From assembly GCA_015272195.1 (NCBI GenBank), contig JACYMC010000233.1, positions 1-56,654 on the forward strand: 56,654 nt of DNA, given 5' to 3'. Made by a program: the position numbers and the translations under genes. This document shows, piece after piece, positions 37,501 to 45,147 of the stretch (position 1 is its first letter; each line of letters starts with the position of its first letter). The notes under the pieces were generated by a model. The model was not told the DNA's origin. It did no database searches and saw only the letters and a program-made list of their open reading frames with translations. Origin of the DNA: Candidatus Sericytochromatia bacterium. Its GTDB lineage: Bacteria; Cyanobacteriota; Sericytochromatia; UBA7694.

Positions 37501-40184
37501 AGGCCAACCTGAATGCGCTCACCGCTTTGCAGGGCGCTGACAAACTCCGAGCTGGCAAAAAGGGCGCGCAACTCGGGACGCCAGAGCAACTGACTGGCTT
37601 CACGGGCCGGCACGGCCTCCAGACCGACAGCCCGCAGGGCGCTTTCAAAGGCTGCCGGGGTTTCTGCACGGGCCAGCTGATCCAGGGTTTCAGCAGCCTG
37701 AGGGCCCAGACGGGAACTGATCTGCCGCAGCTCCTGAACGGCCAGATCCAGGCTCATCTGGGTTCTGAGATCGGGCACGTTCAGCTGCCACTGGCCGGGC
37801 GCTGTCTGATAAAGCTGGAGGGGGCCACTCTCGGCCTGCAGGGTGATATCTGTGCCTTCGCGGCTCTGGTAATGCCCCCGGACACTGGCGCTTTCAGCAT
37901 CCAGCGTCAGCTCACCGGGCTGACCGGTCAGCTGCATATTGTCTGTATCCAACCCAAGCCGGAGGCTTTTGCCCCCCGTGGTACGGGCCTGCACATCGCT
38001 CTGCAGCTGGCTGTTGCTGAGGCTGGCCTGCAGCGCGCGGGGGTCTGCTGCATCCAGCGCGACCTGCTCACTGTCTAAACGCAGCTGCCCGTCAACGCGT
38101 CCGCCCGCTGTCGTGCGCTGCAGTTCAGCCTGCAGCTGGCTCTGACTGAGCTCAAGCTGGCGGCCACTGGCGCTGGCCTGGCGGGCGCTGGCCTGAATAT
38201 CCATGCGGGTGTTGCGGCCTTCGGCCTGACCTTCAGCCTGCAGCCTGTCAGCCTGAATACGCAGCTGGCCTGTGGCGTCGGTATCAATCTGCACACGCTC
38301 GGCATCCAGTTGCAGCACCGCTTTTTCAAGCTGCTGCACAAAGGTCTGGGCCGACATCAGCTCCCGCAACTGCGCTGCAGAGCCCTGGGTCAGAATCTGC
38401 AGCTGGGCGTCTGAAATGCCCAGGGCTTTAAAGCTGTCTCGCACCTGAGCGGCACCGGGACGGGCTTCGTTCAGCAGGACTTTGGCCCTTTCGAGCAGCG
38501 GGCCAGAGACCTCCGCCCGCACACTGGCCCGGGTCAGCTCCACTTTGGGGGCCGCCTGGGGACGCGCGGTGATACTGGCACTGCGGGCGCTGACCCGTAC
38601 GTCTTCATCCTTGCGCTGATGCCGCACGTCCACGGCACTCAGGTGGACCGTGCTGCTCAGGCGCTGGCCCGGACGCTGACTCAGGGGCGTACTCTGAAAG
38701 CGGGCGTGCACGTCCGTGCGTTCTTCGCCCTGGCGACGGCTCAGATCAAGCTGCCCTTGTACGCGTCCCTCGCGGGAGACACCATTGACGTTGCGATAGG
38801 CGCCGCTCAGCCGCAGGCGGGCCTGCAGCTCCTGACCGGCCAGCTCCCGCAGTTCGGGGGTCAGATAGGGCAGTTTGCCGGCTTCATCCGCGCTCAGATT
38901 GACTTCGGCCTCAACACCCTGTAACAGCACCTGGGCATCCAGCTCCTGGCGCTGCACGTTATAGTTCAGACCGGCCTGCACCTTGCCGCGCAGCCTGTCG
39001 GGCGCGGCCACGCCCTGGGCATTACTGTCTGCCACAGCCTGTCTGCCGCTGGCCTGCGAACTGCCGCGGGCCTGAACCTGATCAAAGCGGGCCCGCAGGC
39101 CGTCAGCAGCCACGTTAAAACGGGTCCGGCCCTTGAGTTCAAGCTGCAGAGCCCCACCGCTCTCGCCCTGGGCCGAAAGGGGCAGATCGTTGAGTCTGAG
39201 CTGCTGCGGATGCAGATAAATCCGACCGTCTTTTTTTTCGAGCTGCAGGTCCAGCCCCATTTCGCGCAGCTGGGGCAGGGCGTATTTGTTGAGGCCTTTT
39301 TCGCCCAGCCAGAGGCGGGCGGTTTCGCCAAAGCCGGGTGACTCCAGATAGAGTTGCCCCTGGCCGTCATGTTTAATCACAATCGGCCGGGTGGCCAGCG
39401 GGCCGCTCTGGGCCTGAATCACATAGCCCGGTCCGTAGCTCTCGCCGGCACCCGCATAGCGGGCATTCAGGTCAACCCAGCCACCGGTGCTCTCCTGCAG
39501 AGCCTGGCGCAAACCGTTGACCAGCGGACCGCGCCAGTCAAAGTGCAGCTCACCGCTGGCCTGGCCCTGCAAATCGCTGCGGGAGCGATCGGCAATGCCA
39601 TCAATGTCTTTGAGGTCCAGATCCAGATCCACGCGCAGATCTTTGTAGCGTCCGTGCAGGATAGGGGCCTCAGGAGCCGGGTAAAAACTGAGGCTTTTGC
39701 GGGCATTGTCAAAGGTCAGCACCGCGCCGTCAGCGCGCAGCTGCTGCATCAGATCAGCGGGCAGCCGGCCCTGCAACTGGCGCAGCTCAGCGGCGTCAAT
39801 ACGGCCATTATTATTGCCATCCGCGGCTTTGACCGCATCAAAAAAGGCGGGGATGGCATAATGCTGGGCGCTCTCCTGATACCCCGGCCCTTCAAAGGCC
39901 GCAAACGACACCGAAGCCACGGCTGAGCCATTCTGGCCCAGGGACCGGATCGCGCTGAGCAGCTGGGCATTGCTCTTTTGATCGAGCTGGCCATCGAGGG
40001 CATCGGCCAGCCAGCGGTCAAAATCCTGGCCCGGATGCTCGGCGGCAAACTGGGTTTTAAGCTGTTCATACTCGGCTTTGCTGAGTTGATCATCAGCCAG
40101 CGCATCACTCAGAGGGCCTGTGGAGGATTGGCCTTTGTGTTGCCAGAATTGCTGGACGCTGTTGCGGTTAAACTGAATCGACAT
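34590..40184 (-). CDS. Giant hypothetical protein (1864 aa): EF-hand-like N-terminus, long beta-strand-rich body
   Basis: Uninterrupted 5.6 kb ORF; DGNNNGRIDAAE EF-hand-like loop; long runs of alternating hydrophobic/polar residues; no signal peptide or TM. Confidence 0.85.
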   Translation of the reverse strand: MSIQFNRNSVQQFWQHKGQSSTGPLSDALADDQLSKAEYEQLKTQFAAEHPGQDFDRWLADALDGQLDQKSNAQLLSAIRSLGQNGSAVASVSFAAFEGPGYQESAQHYAIPAFFDAVKAADGNNNGRIDAAELRQLQGRLPADLMQQLRADGAVLTFDNARKSLSFYPAPEAPILHGRYKDLRVDLDLDLKDIDGIADRSRSDLQGQASGELHFDWRGPLVNGLRQALQESTGGWVDLNARYAGAGESYGPGYVIQAQSGPLATRPIVIKHDGQGQLYLESPGFGETARLWLGEKGLNKYALPQLREMGLDLQLEKKDGRIYLHPQQLRLNDLPLSAQGESGGALQLELKGRTRFNVAADGLRARFDQVQARGSSQASGRQAVADSNAQGVAAPDRLRGKVQAGLNYNVQRQELDAQVLLQGVEAEVNLSADEAGKLPYLTPELRELAGQELQARLRLSGAYRNVNGVSREGRVQGQLDLSRRQGEERTDVHARFQSTPLSQRPGQRLSSTVHLSAVDVRHQRKDEDVRVSARSASITARPQAAPKVELTRASVRAEVSGPLLERAKVLLNEARPGAAQVRDSFKALGISDAQLQILTQGSAAQLRELMSAQTFVQQLEKAVLQLDAERVQIDTDATGQLRIQADRLQAEGQAEGRNTRMDIQASARQASASGRQLELSQSQLQAELQRTTAGGRVDGQLRLDSEQVALDAADPRALQASLSNSQLQSDVQARTTGGKSLRLGLDTDNMQLTGQPGELTLDAESASVRGHYQSREGTDITLQAESGPLQLYQTAPGQWQLNVPDLRTQMSLDLAVQELRQISSRLGPQAAETLDQLARAETPAAFESALRAVGLEAVPAREASQLLWRPELRALFASSEFVSALQSGERIQVGLQSSGDLQLQQAEQLRASAHAEVQAQGSLNNTAGDALISAQAETNLRLQTDGQRHRAEADSLTLQAQAVRADGSRFADLQLRSQQLAAELMPDGSQQLRVGETTAQLSASTHLDAERMVQIQSLLSDFRDTVVERLAALGLSRQQFEQVLQAFGQRQLDALLKSATPEALANVSESLGLSPEQIEKTLGLLNDEPFQRAVQDIFAFSRMLDDASLDIQLQGSMGAASWQRQDQQMLLQLQQLSASLQAQTQNASGQGDFSARLQQEAITYTQSPDAQRLSWEPVQAEAEATPRGNAADAPDEALTVWARLEGGAGELVQEQGLVRSEIARARLSGELQQQSETGRQAELSGSLTLEQVNTRRSLGEPDSARLEVQGLAAEARGSLQDPEDRQDFSASGELSMQQIDVNPRGAQVSETELSARLQTRRDLSQNQQGEAEAALNLQAADIRSSEADGVQMAEAHFDGHAASELKENDQVRTRLRVEAQDGTLSNLQAREGQVSLDQMRTEIRGQVQTPLVRGELGGQMQVDGFLAVDGEEARAQGFQVDALAGKLHLDSTRLRDIISGNPDALAILETVSEKWAARQRDQAVPNIFLNPAITLDIDQGHWRGDASDGNALAEGQTLSARMRFPDLDTQLGQGSIELQLNNLTLPGAAQRPQVELTGTARLQPRQPEFNQSVQSLVERSLKGAGVNLKPEVSFENGRFEVKIDRWYADGLIKVDFEGDQIQLSVDRAKLLGFLSARGLATRFSEGKLNDYLLDIDRQGNQLTLSLNEFSERLLHRDNLQIQSVNTRSDNSIEMQFAYTDTKAYNAGFRQRQQDKLEQRLFSDPVSGQARTAGQVESVIEGLEAGRLALIMQQASPNQLRRMLSTVGNDYDNLVREALQKQPDLQRYPLQNRAIMAVTLADNKGFLERVDSSEKNLIRRILDSVPADQQARFEATLTDAERQRLHAALGTRPASPRRVQPPHRR

Positions 40185-40270
40185 GCAAAGCCGCTTTCTA
40201 CGGGGAGATTCTTTTTTATTTTATCACCGTCAGGGCGTACAATCTTGCCCGATTTTGACGTTTTAAGGAT

Positions 40271-41077
40271 TTAGCGGGCGATATCGTCGCAGATCAGATG
40301 GGCGTTCAGCTCATAATACAGCGCCGGGCTGATGATTTCCGGGTGGTGCTGCTCAAAACGGGCGTAGTGGGTCTGGTAGGCCCCGGTGTAAAACGGGTTT
40401 TCGAGAATGGCTTTGATGGTATTGGCGTGCCAGCGGCCCCCGCGCTTGGTGCGACTGCCCTCATGCGCCAGGCGCTGCGCAATCTGGCGCAGGGACTGGC
40501 CTTTGGCCCGCAGCTTAAAAATCTGGCGCACCACACGGGCCTCTTCGGGCACCAGCACATACTCATTGCTGTCCGGGTGAATGGCGTAGCCATAAGGGCA
40601 GGCCCCGCCATTCTGACGCGAAAGCTCAGAACGCTGATACTGCGGTGTTGTATCGGCCTCCGCCGCTGGACTCAGCTGGGGAATTTTACGCAGCACCGCC
40701 AGAATATCTGCACCCGCTGTCTGACTGATGGTGATCGCCTGGGCCAGCGCCTGCAGACTGCCCGCATGCCCGCCCTGATGAAAATGCTGCATCAGCGTAT
40801 AGACATCATAAAAGCGCCGACCCAGATCCTGCAGGTCCTGTACCAGCAGCACATCTGCGGCCTGCATCTGTTTTAAACAGTGCTTCAGCACCGGACGGGC
40901 CAGGGGATCGCTGTTGAGGGAGCGATCCGTGTGCAGACCCTGCCAGACAAGACCCTGGGCCTGACAATACGCTTCAAGGGCCTGCCCCCGCGCTTCACAG
41001 TGAGCCTGCCAGCGTTCGGCCGGCCAGGCGGGCGGTGCCCAGAGATAGGCAAAAACACGGGTCACGGCTGCTGGCAT
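40271..41077 (-). CDS. Serine-recombinase-like protein (degenerate resolvase domain plus Recombinase DNA-binding domain)
   Basis: RPVL, DVLLVQDLQDLGR, PYGY, EEARVVRQIF, GQSLRQIA, GRW..TIKAILENPFYTG, HPEII. The catalytic YxRxS is replaced by YLWAP. Confidence 0.8.
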   Translation of the reverse strand: MPAAVTRVFAYLWAPPAWPAERWQAHCEARGQALEAYCQAQGLVWQGLHTDRSLNSDPLARPVLKHCLKQMQAADVLLVQDLQDLGRRFYDVYTLMQHFHQGGHAGSLQALAQAITISQTAGADILAVLRKIPQLSPAAEADTTPQYQRSELSRQNGGACPYGYAIHPDSNEYVLVPEEARVVRQIFKLRAKGQSLRQIAQRLAHEGSRTKRGGRWHANTIKAILENPFYTGAYQTHYARFEQHHPEIISPALYYELNAHLICDDIAR

Positions 41078-41166
41078 TTTGCATCCCCTTTGCTGGCGTA
41101 TTACAATATTCTGGCGCCTGGCCTGACAGGTTTATCCTGAATCCCTGGCGCACCGGAGGCAGCCTT

Positions 41167-41745
41167 ATGGTATCCCCGCTGGATTTAAATCAACTGCAGC
41201 TCCGCGCACCTGGTCTGCAGTTACATCCCCCCAGCCAGGCGCTGGCTGAAGCCATTCTGGCTTATCACCTGCGCAACCAGGCTTTTTTGGCACCCTGGTC
41301 GCCACGGGTTCGCCCCGCTTTCTTTACTTTAACGGCTCAGGCCGAAAAAATCCAGAGCGAGCGCAGACAAATGCAGGCCCGGCGTTTGCTGAAATTCTGG
41401 CTGATGCCAGACAATCCCGCCGAAACCGATGTGATTGGGCATGTGGCCCTCTCCAATATTGTCTGGGGCGGCTTTCGCTCCGGCTATCTGGGCTACTCGG
41501 TCGATCAGGCCCATCTGCGGCGGGGCCACGCCCGTGCGGCAGTGGCCGCCCTGGTGGATTACGCTTTTGGGCATTTAAAGCTGCACCGCATGGAAGCCAA
41601 TATCATGCCGCGCAACCAGGCGTCGATCAAAGTGGTGACCCCGCTGGGCTTTGAATATGAAGGCCTTTCACCCAAATACCTCAGAATCAACGGCCAATGG
41701 GAAGACCACGCCCATTATGTGCTGCGCAACCGGGCCCTGGAATAA
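41167..41745 (+). CDS. RimJ-like GNAT N-acetyltransferase
   Basis: NQAFLAPWSP, GYLGYSVD, LHRMEANIMPRNQAS, GFEYEG...YLRINGQWEDH. GGAGG RBS. Confidence 0.9.
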   Translation: MVSPLDLNQLQLRAPGLQLHPPSQALAEAILAYHLRNQAFLAPWSPRVRPAFFTLTAQAEKIQSERRQMQARRLLKFWLMPDNPAETDVIGHVALSNIVWGGFRSGYLGYSVDQAHLRRGHARAAVAALVDYAFGHLKLHRMEANIMPRNQASIKVVTPLGFEYEGLSPKYLRINGQWEDHAHYVLRNRALE

Positions 41746-41830
41746 TTCCACTCAGTCGCTTGTCAGCAGCTGCCTGCATAATGTTAAAATATATTAATAT
41801 CATCAAACGTGCATAAAGGAAACGCTTGGT

Positions 41831-42277
41831 ATGCCTTTTCGTGAACTGATCACTGCAGAACTGGCCAAACTGCTGGGGGCCCTCTCCCACCACGATCGCC
41901 TGCTGATTTTAGAAGAGCTGTACCAGGGAGAGCGAGAGGTCAAGGCCCTGCAAAAAAAGCTCGGCATCAGCCACTCACGGGTCTCACAGCACCTGTCGCT
42001 GCTGCGCACGCACAAAGTGGTCACCGAACGGCGCCAGGGCCGGCATGTATTTTACCGGCTGATTGATCCCGAGATTTCGCAGTGGGTCATGTCAGCCCTT
42101 CGGTTTATTGAGTTTCGCCTGCAGCATACAGACGAAATTCTGAGCGCGGTGGAGGACGCCCGCAATCTCTGGCTCAGCCCACAGGCGCCGAAAAAAAATG
42201 AACCGGCGCCCCGCAAGCTGATCTATATTCCCGGTCGCCAGGGCGAAAGCGAACCGCCGACCCAGAACGAAGCCTGA
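41831..42277 (+). CDS. ArsR/SmtB-family transcriptional regulator
   Basis: ALSHHDRLLIL..L...E..V..L...LGISHSRVSQHLSLLR...V..RRQGRHVFYRL. Confidence 0.92.
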   Translation: MPFRELITAELAKLLGALSHHDRLLILEELYQGEREVKALQKKLGISHSRVSQHLSLLRTHKVVTERRQGRHVFYRLIDPEISQWVMSALRFIEFRLQHTDEILSAVEDARNLWLSPQAPKKNEPAPRKLIYIPGRQGESEPPTQNEA

Positions 42278-42302
42278 GCCGGCGGTACAAAAGGGTCAGA
42301 AA

Positions 42303-42806
42303 TCAGGCTTTGACGGCGGCCAGAGCGGCTGCATAGTCAGGTTCCTGGGTGATTTCAGGCACCAGCTCGGTATAGGTCACCTTACCCTCGGCGTTGACCA
42401 CCACCACCGCACGCGCCAGCAGGCCAGCCAGCGGGCCATCAGTCATGCGCAGACCGTAGTTTTTGACCACGTTCTGGTGACGAAAGTCAGACACAGACAC
42501 AGCGTTTTCAATGCCTTCGGCACCACAGAAGCGCTTGTGGGCAAAGGGCAGATCCAGCGAGAGGTTGACCACCATCAGGTTATCCATGCCCTGGGCCTGT
42601 TCATAAAACTTGCGCACAGACATGGCGCACACACCTGTATCCACGCTGGGAAAGATGTTCAGCAGCACGGTTTTGCCTTTAACATCCGCCAGACCCAGCT
42701 CAGCCAGGTCGGTGGCCACCCCTTTAAATTCGGGGGCGGGTGCACCGACTTCGGGCAGATTGCCTTCGGTCTGAACAGGATTGCCTTTAAACAGTACTTC
42801 AGCCAT
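42303..42806 (-). CDS. tpx: Thiol peroxidase (atypical 2-Cys peroxiredoxin)
   Basis: NIFPSVDTGVCAMSVRKF, DLPFAHKRFCGAEG, ELVPEITQEPDY. Confidence 0.96.
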   Translation of the reverse strand: MAEVLFKGNPVQTEGNLPEVGAPAPEFKGVATDLAELGLADVKGKTVLLNIFPSVDTGVCAMSVRKFYEQAQGMDNLMVVNLSLDLPFAHKRFCGAEGIENAVSVSDFRHQNVVKNYGLRMTDGPLAGLLARAVVVVNAEGKVTYTELVPEITQEPDYAAALAAVKA

Positions 42807-42937
42807 AGAAGATCTCCTTTAGCTCTGAAATTAAGATGGACCTATCTTAGCACAGAGCCCAACACAAAGGTGGTTTCAGAGGAACGCCCTGCCAGGCATT
42901 CGATGGGAAGGCTGCTGATCCGTCTGACCAGGGTTTA

Positions 42938-44149
42938 TCAGCGCTGGGTCAGACGCAGCCGAGCGGCCACACCGTACTGGTTGGAGAGCACCAGGCCGTC
43001 CACCGGCTCACGATGGGTAAGCTGGGCTTCGGCCAGCTGCAGCTGCCAGTTGTTTTTGGGCAGATAAAACAGGTAGTTATTGCGCTGGGGCACGGCGTCT
43101 TTGAGATAAGGGTTGGCTGAATCAAAGGTGTAGCCCGGCTGCTGGGGATGCTTTTCGCGGTAGAGATCTTTGAGCGGCAGGCGCTGCAGCAGATCGCGAT
43201 ACTCGCTCTGATCGGGCACAAAGCCAAAATCGCCACTGATAATCACCGGAAAGTCGTTGCTGTGGCGCTCCAGCAGCTGCTGCAGGGCCAGGTTGTTGTC
43301 TTCGGCCCGGATGCGCTCGGCCACCGGGGTGTGGTTGCTCTGGTAATGGGTGGTGTAGATATCGACCGGGCCCAGCTGGGGGTGGTTGATGCGGGTCATC
43401 AGCACGCCTTTGTTGATCAGGCAGTCGGTGCCCGTGCAGCGTTCAAAAGACTGAAAATCACTGGTCAGCACCGGGTATTTGGAAAGGGTGTAGAGACCGC
43501 TGTTGAGTGAGGTGAGGCTGCCGTTGCGGTGGCGCATGTGGTATTTGAATTCACTGCTGCGCTTGAGCACGTCGATATCGTCAGAAAAAGCACCCTGCAG
43601 GGTGACCACATCATAGGGCGCCAGCGTCGCACCCAGACGGGCAAAACGCTCGCTGCGGCGTGTGCCCAGCGGGCCGGGCAAACCCCAGACATTATAGCTC
43701 AGCAGCTTCAGCTCGCCCTGGCGGGGGCCACTCTGCTGGGGGCCAAAGGGCGAAGGGCGCAGGCCAGCTGAAGGCTGAGGGGCCGGCAGCTGAGGCTGAG
43801 CCTGACCGGGGTAAGCAAAGTCAGGGCTGTTACCCGGCGCGGTACTGGCAAAGGTATTGTCAAAGCCCTCATTCTGGCTGCTCTGACTGAAAAAGCCGTT
43901 GCTGCTGGTCTGGCCGTTGAAAGAAGTGGGGCTGCCGGCAAAGGCCTGCTGATCCCAGCCAGCGTGATAGGTCAGGGTCTGACTGGCCACGGCCTGCTGG
44001 GCAATCTGCTGGCGCAGATAAGGGTTGAAGTTGGGATCCATGGCCTGCTGATAAGCCGCCAGCGGCATGGGCGAAACAGGCCCCATGGGGCGGCCACAGG
44101 CTCCCAGGAGGCTGGTCAGAACCATCAGAATCACAAGGCGGTACAACAT
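42938..44149 (-). CDS. Lipoprotein with sphingomyelinase-like EEP domain; catalytic residues lost
   Basis: Lipobox LGAC; Gln/Pro-rich linker; LLSYNVWGL, NSGLYTLSKYP, NKGVL, YTTHYQ. Catalytic sites read LQG, GDFG, NNY and SNQ. Confidence 0.8.
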   Translation of the reverse strand: MLYRLVILMVLTSLLGACGRPMGPVSPMPLAAYQQAMDPNFNPYLRQQIAQQAVASQTLTYHAGWDQQAFAGSPTSFNGQTSSNGFFSQSSQNEGFDNTFASTAPGNSPDFAYPGQAQPQLPAPQPSAGLRPSPFGPQQSGPRQGELKLLSYNVWGLPGPLGTRRSERFARLGATLAPYDVVTLQGAFSDDIDVLKRSSEFKYHMRHRNGSLTSLNSGLYTLSKYPVLTSDFQSFERCTGTDCLINKGVLMTRINHPQLGPVDIYTTHYQSNHTPVAERIRAEDNNLALQQLLERHSNDFPVIISGDFGFVPDQSEYRDLLQRLPLKDLYREKHPQQPGYTFDSANPYLKDAVPQRNNYLFYLPKNNWQLQLAEAQLTHREPVDGLVLSNQYGVAARLRLTQR

Positions 44150-44411
44150 TAACTTCAAACCTGTTTTCTTACCCAAAACTTAACCTAAGCTTATTGTCTG
44201 ATAACACAAGAAAAAACTTGCGTCTAAAACCGCGTTTTTTTGACGATTTTTTATTTTTCTTTTATGCTGCCGGCGGCTTAAATAGCATCTGCCCCTTTGC
44301 GGCGAGAAAAACTCTCTGCTAGAATATGGGGGTTACAGTACAGAAGTACTGCATTAGTAGAAAGGTAAATGTCGGCGAGCGCCTTTTCTCGCCGTTCTGG
44401 TGAAATCAATT

Positions 44412-44774
44412 ATGGCAGCAAGAATATTAGTAGTTGATGACGCGGCTTTCATGCGCATGATGATTCGTGACATTCTGGTCAAGAACGGCTATGAAGTGGC
44501 TGGCGAAGCCGCCAACGGCAACGAAGCCGTCCTGAAGTATCAGGAGCTGCGCCCCGACGTAACCACCATGGACATCACCATGCCCGAAATGGACGGCATC
44601 ACGGCCGTGCGTGAAATCCGCAAAATCGATCCCAACGCCCGCATTATTATGTGCAGCGCCATGGGTCAGCAGGCCATGGTGCTCGATGCCATTCAGGCCG
44701 GGGCGCGTGATTTTATCGTCAAGCCCTTCCAGGAAGATCGCGTCGTGGACGCCATCAAAAAAGTCCTGCGCTGA
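44412..44774 (+). CDS. cheY: Chemotaxis response regulator CheY (Bacillus/Thermotoga type)
   Basis: VDDAAFMRMMI, MDITMPEMDG, CSAMGQQAMV..AIQAGARDFIVKPF. Confidence 0.93.
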   Translation: MAARILVVDDAAFMRMMIRDILVKNGYEVAGEAANGNEAVLKYQELRPDVTTMDITMPEMDGITAVREIRKIDPNARIIMCSAMGQQAMVLDAIQAGARDFIVKPFQEDRVVDAIKKVLR

Positions 44775-44787
44775 TTTTTACTGAATT

Positions 44788-45147
44788 TTGAATTCTGCAG
44801 AACAGCTCGCCCAGGGGCAGCTGACCTTCGGCATCGTCCTGGAAGTCATGCTGAAACTGGGCTTTGTGCTGTTGCTGATCTATTTTTCGTTTTACCTGCT
44901 GCGCCGGGCCGCCCGGCAGGAAGGGCAGGGGCCGCTCTGGCAACGCCTGCGGGGTCTGTCTGCCCTCCCGCAGGCTGATCGTATTGAAACCCTGGCGATT
45001 AAACCCCTCGGACGCCAGACCACGCTCTACCTGCTGGAAGTAGACACCCGTCGGCTGTTGGTGGCCGTGCAGCCCCAGCAGCCCCTCCAGCTTCTGTCTG
45101 AGTGGCCCACAGACAGCGTATCAACGGAGGCCGAGCCCCAGACATGA
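44788..45147 (+). CDS. fliO: Flagellar biogenesis protein FliO/FliZ-like
   Basis: Single N-terminal TM, then LG..TTLYLLEVD.RRLLVAV....LQLLSE; lies directly after cheY, as in Bacillus fla/che operons. Confidence 0.7.
   Translation: MNSAEQLAQGQLTFGIVLEVMLKLGFVLLLIYFSFYLLRRAARQEGQGPLWQRLRGLSALPQADRIETLAIKPLGRQTTLYLLEVDTRRLLVAVQPQQPLQLLSEWPTDSVSTEAEPQT

Noticed and set aside
40271-41077. Integrase marking a prophage or island boundary
   Set aside because: The catalytic serine is missing and no att repeats, tRNA or phage genes are seen.
24970-42277. Arsenic-resistance system (ArsA plus ArsR)
   Set aside because: The genes are about 16 kb apart, arsB/acr3/arsC/arsD are absent, ArsR has no Cys, and the ATPase is Get3-like.
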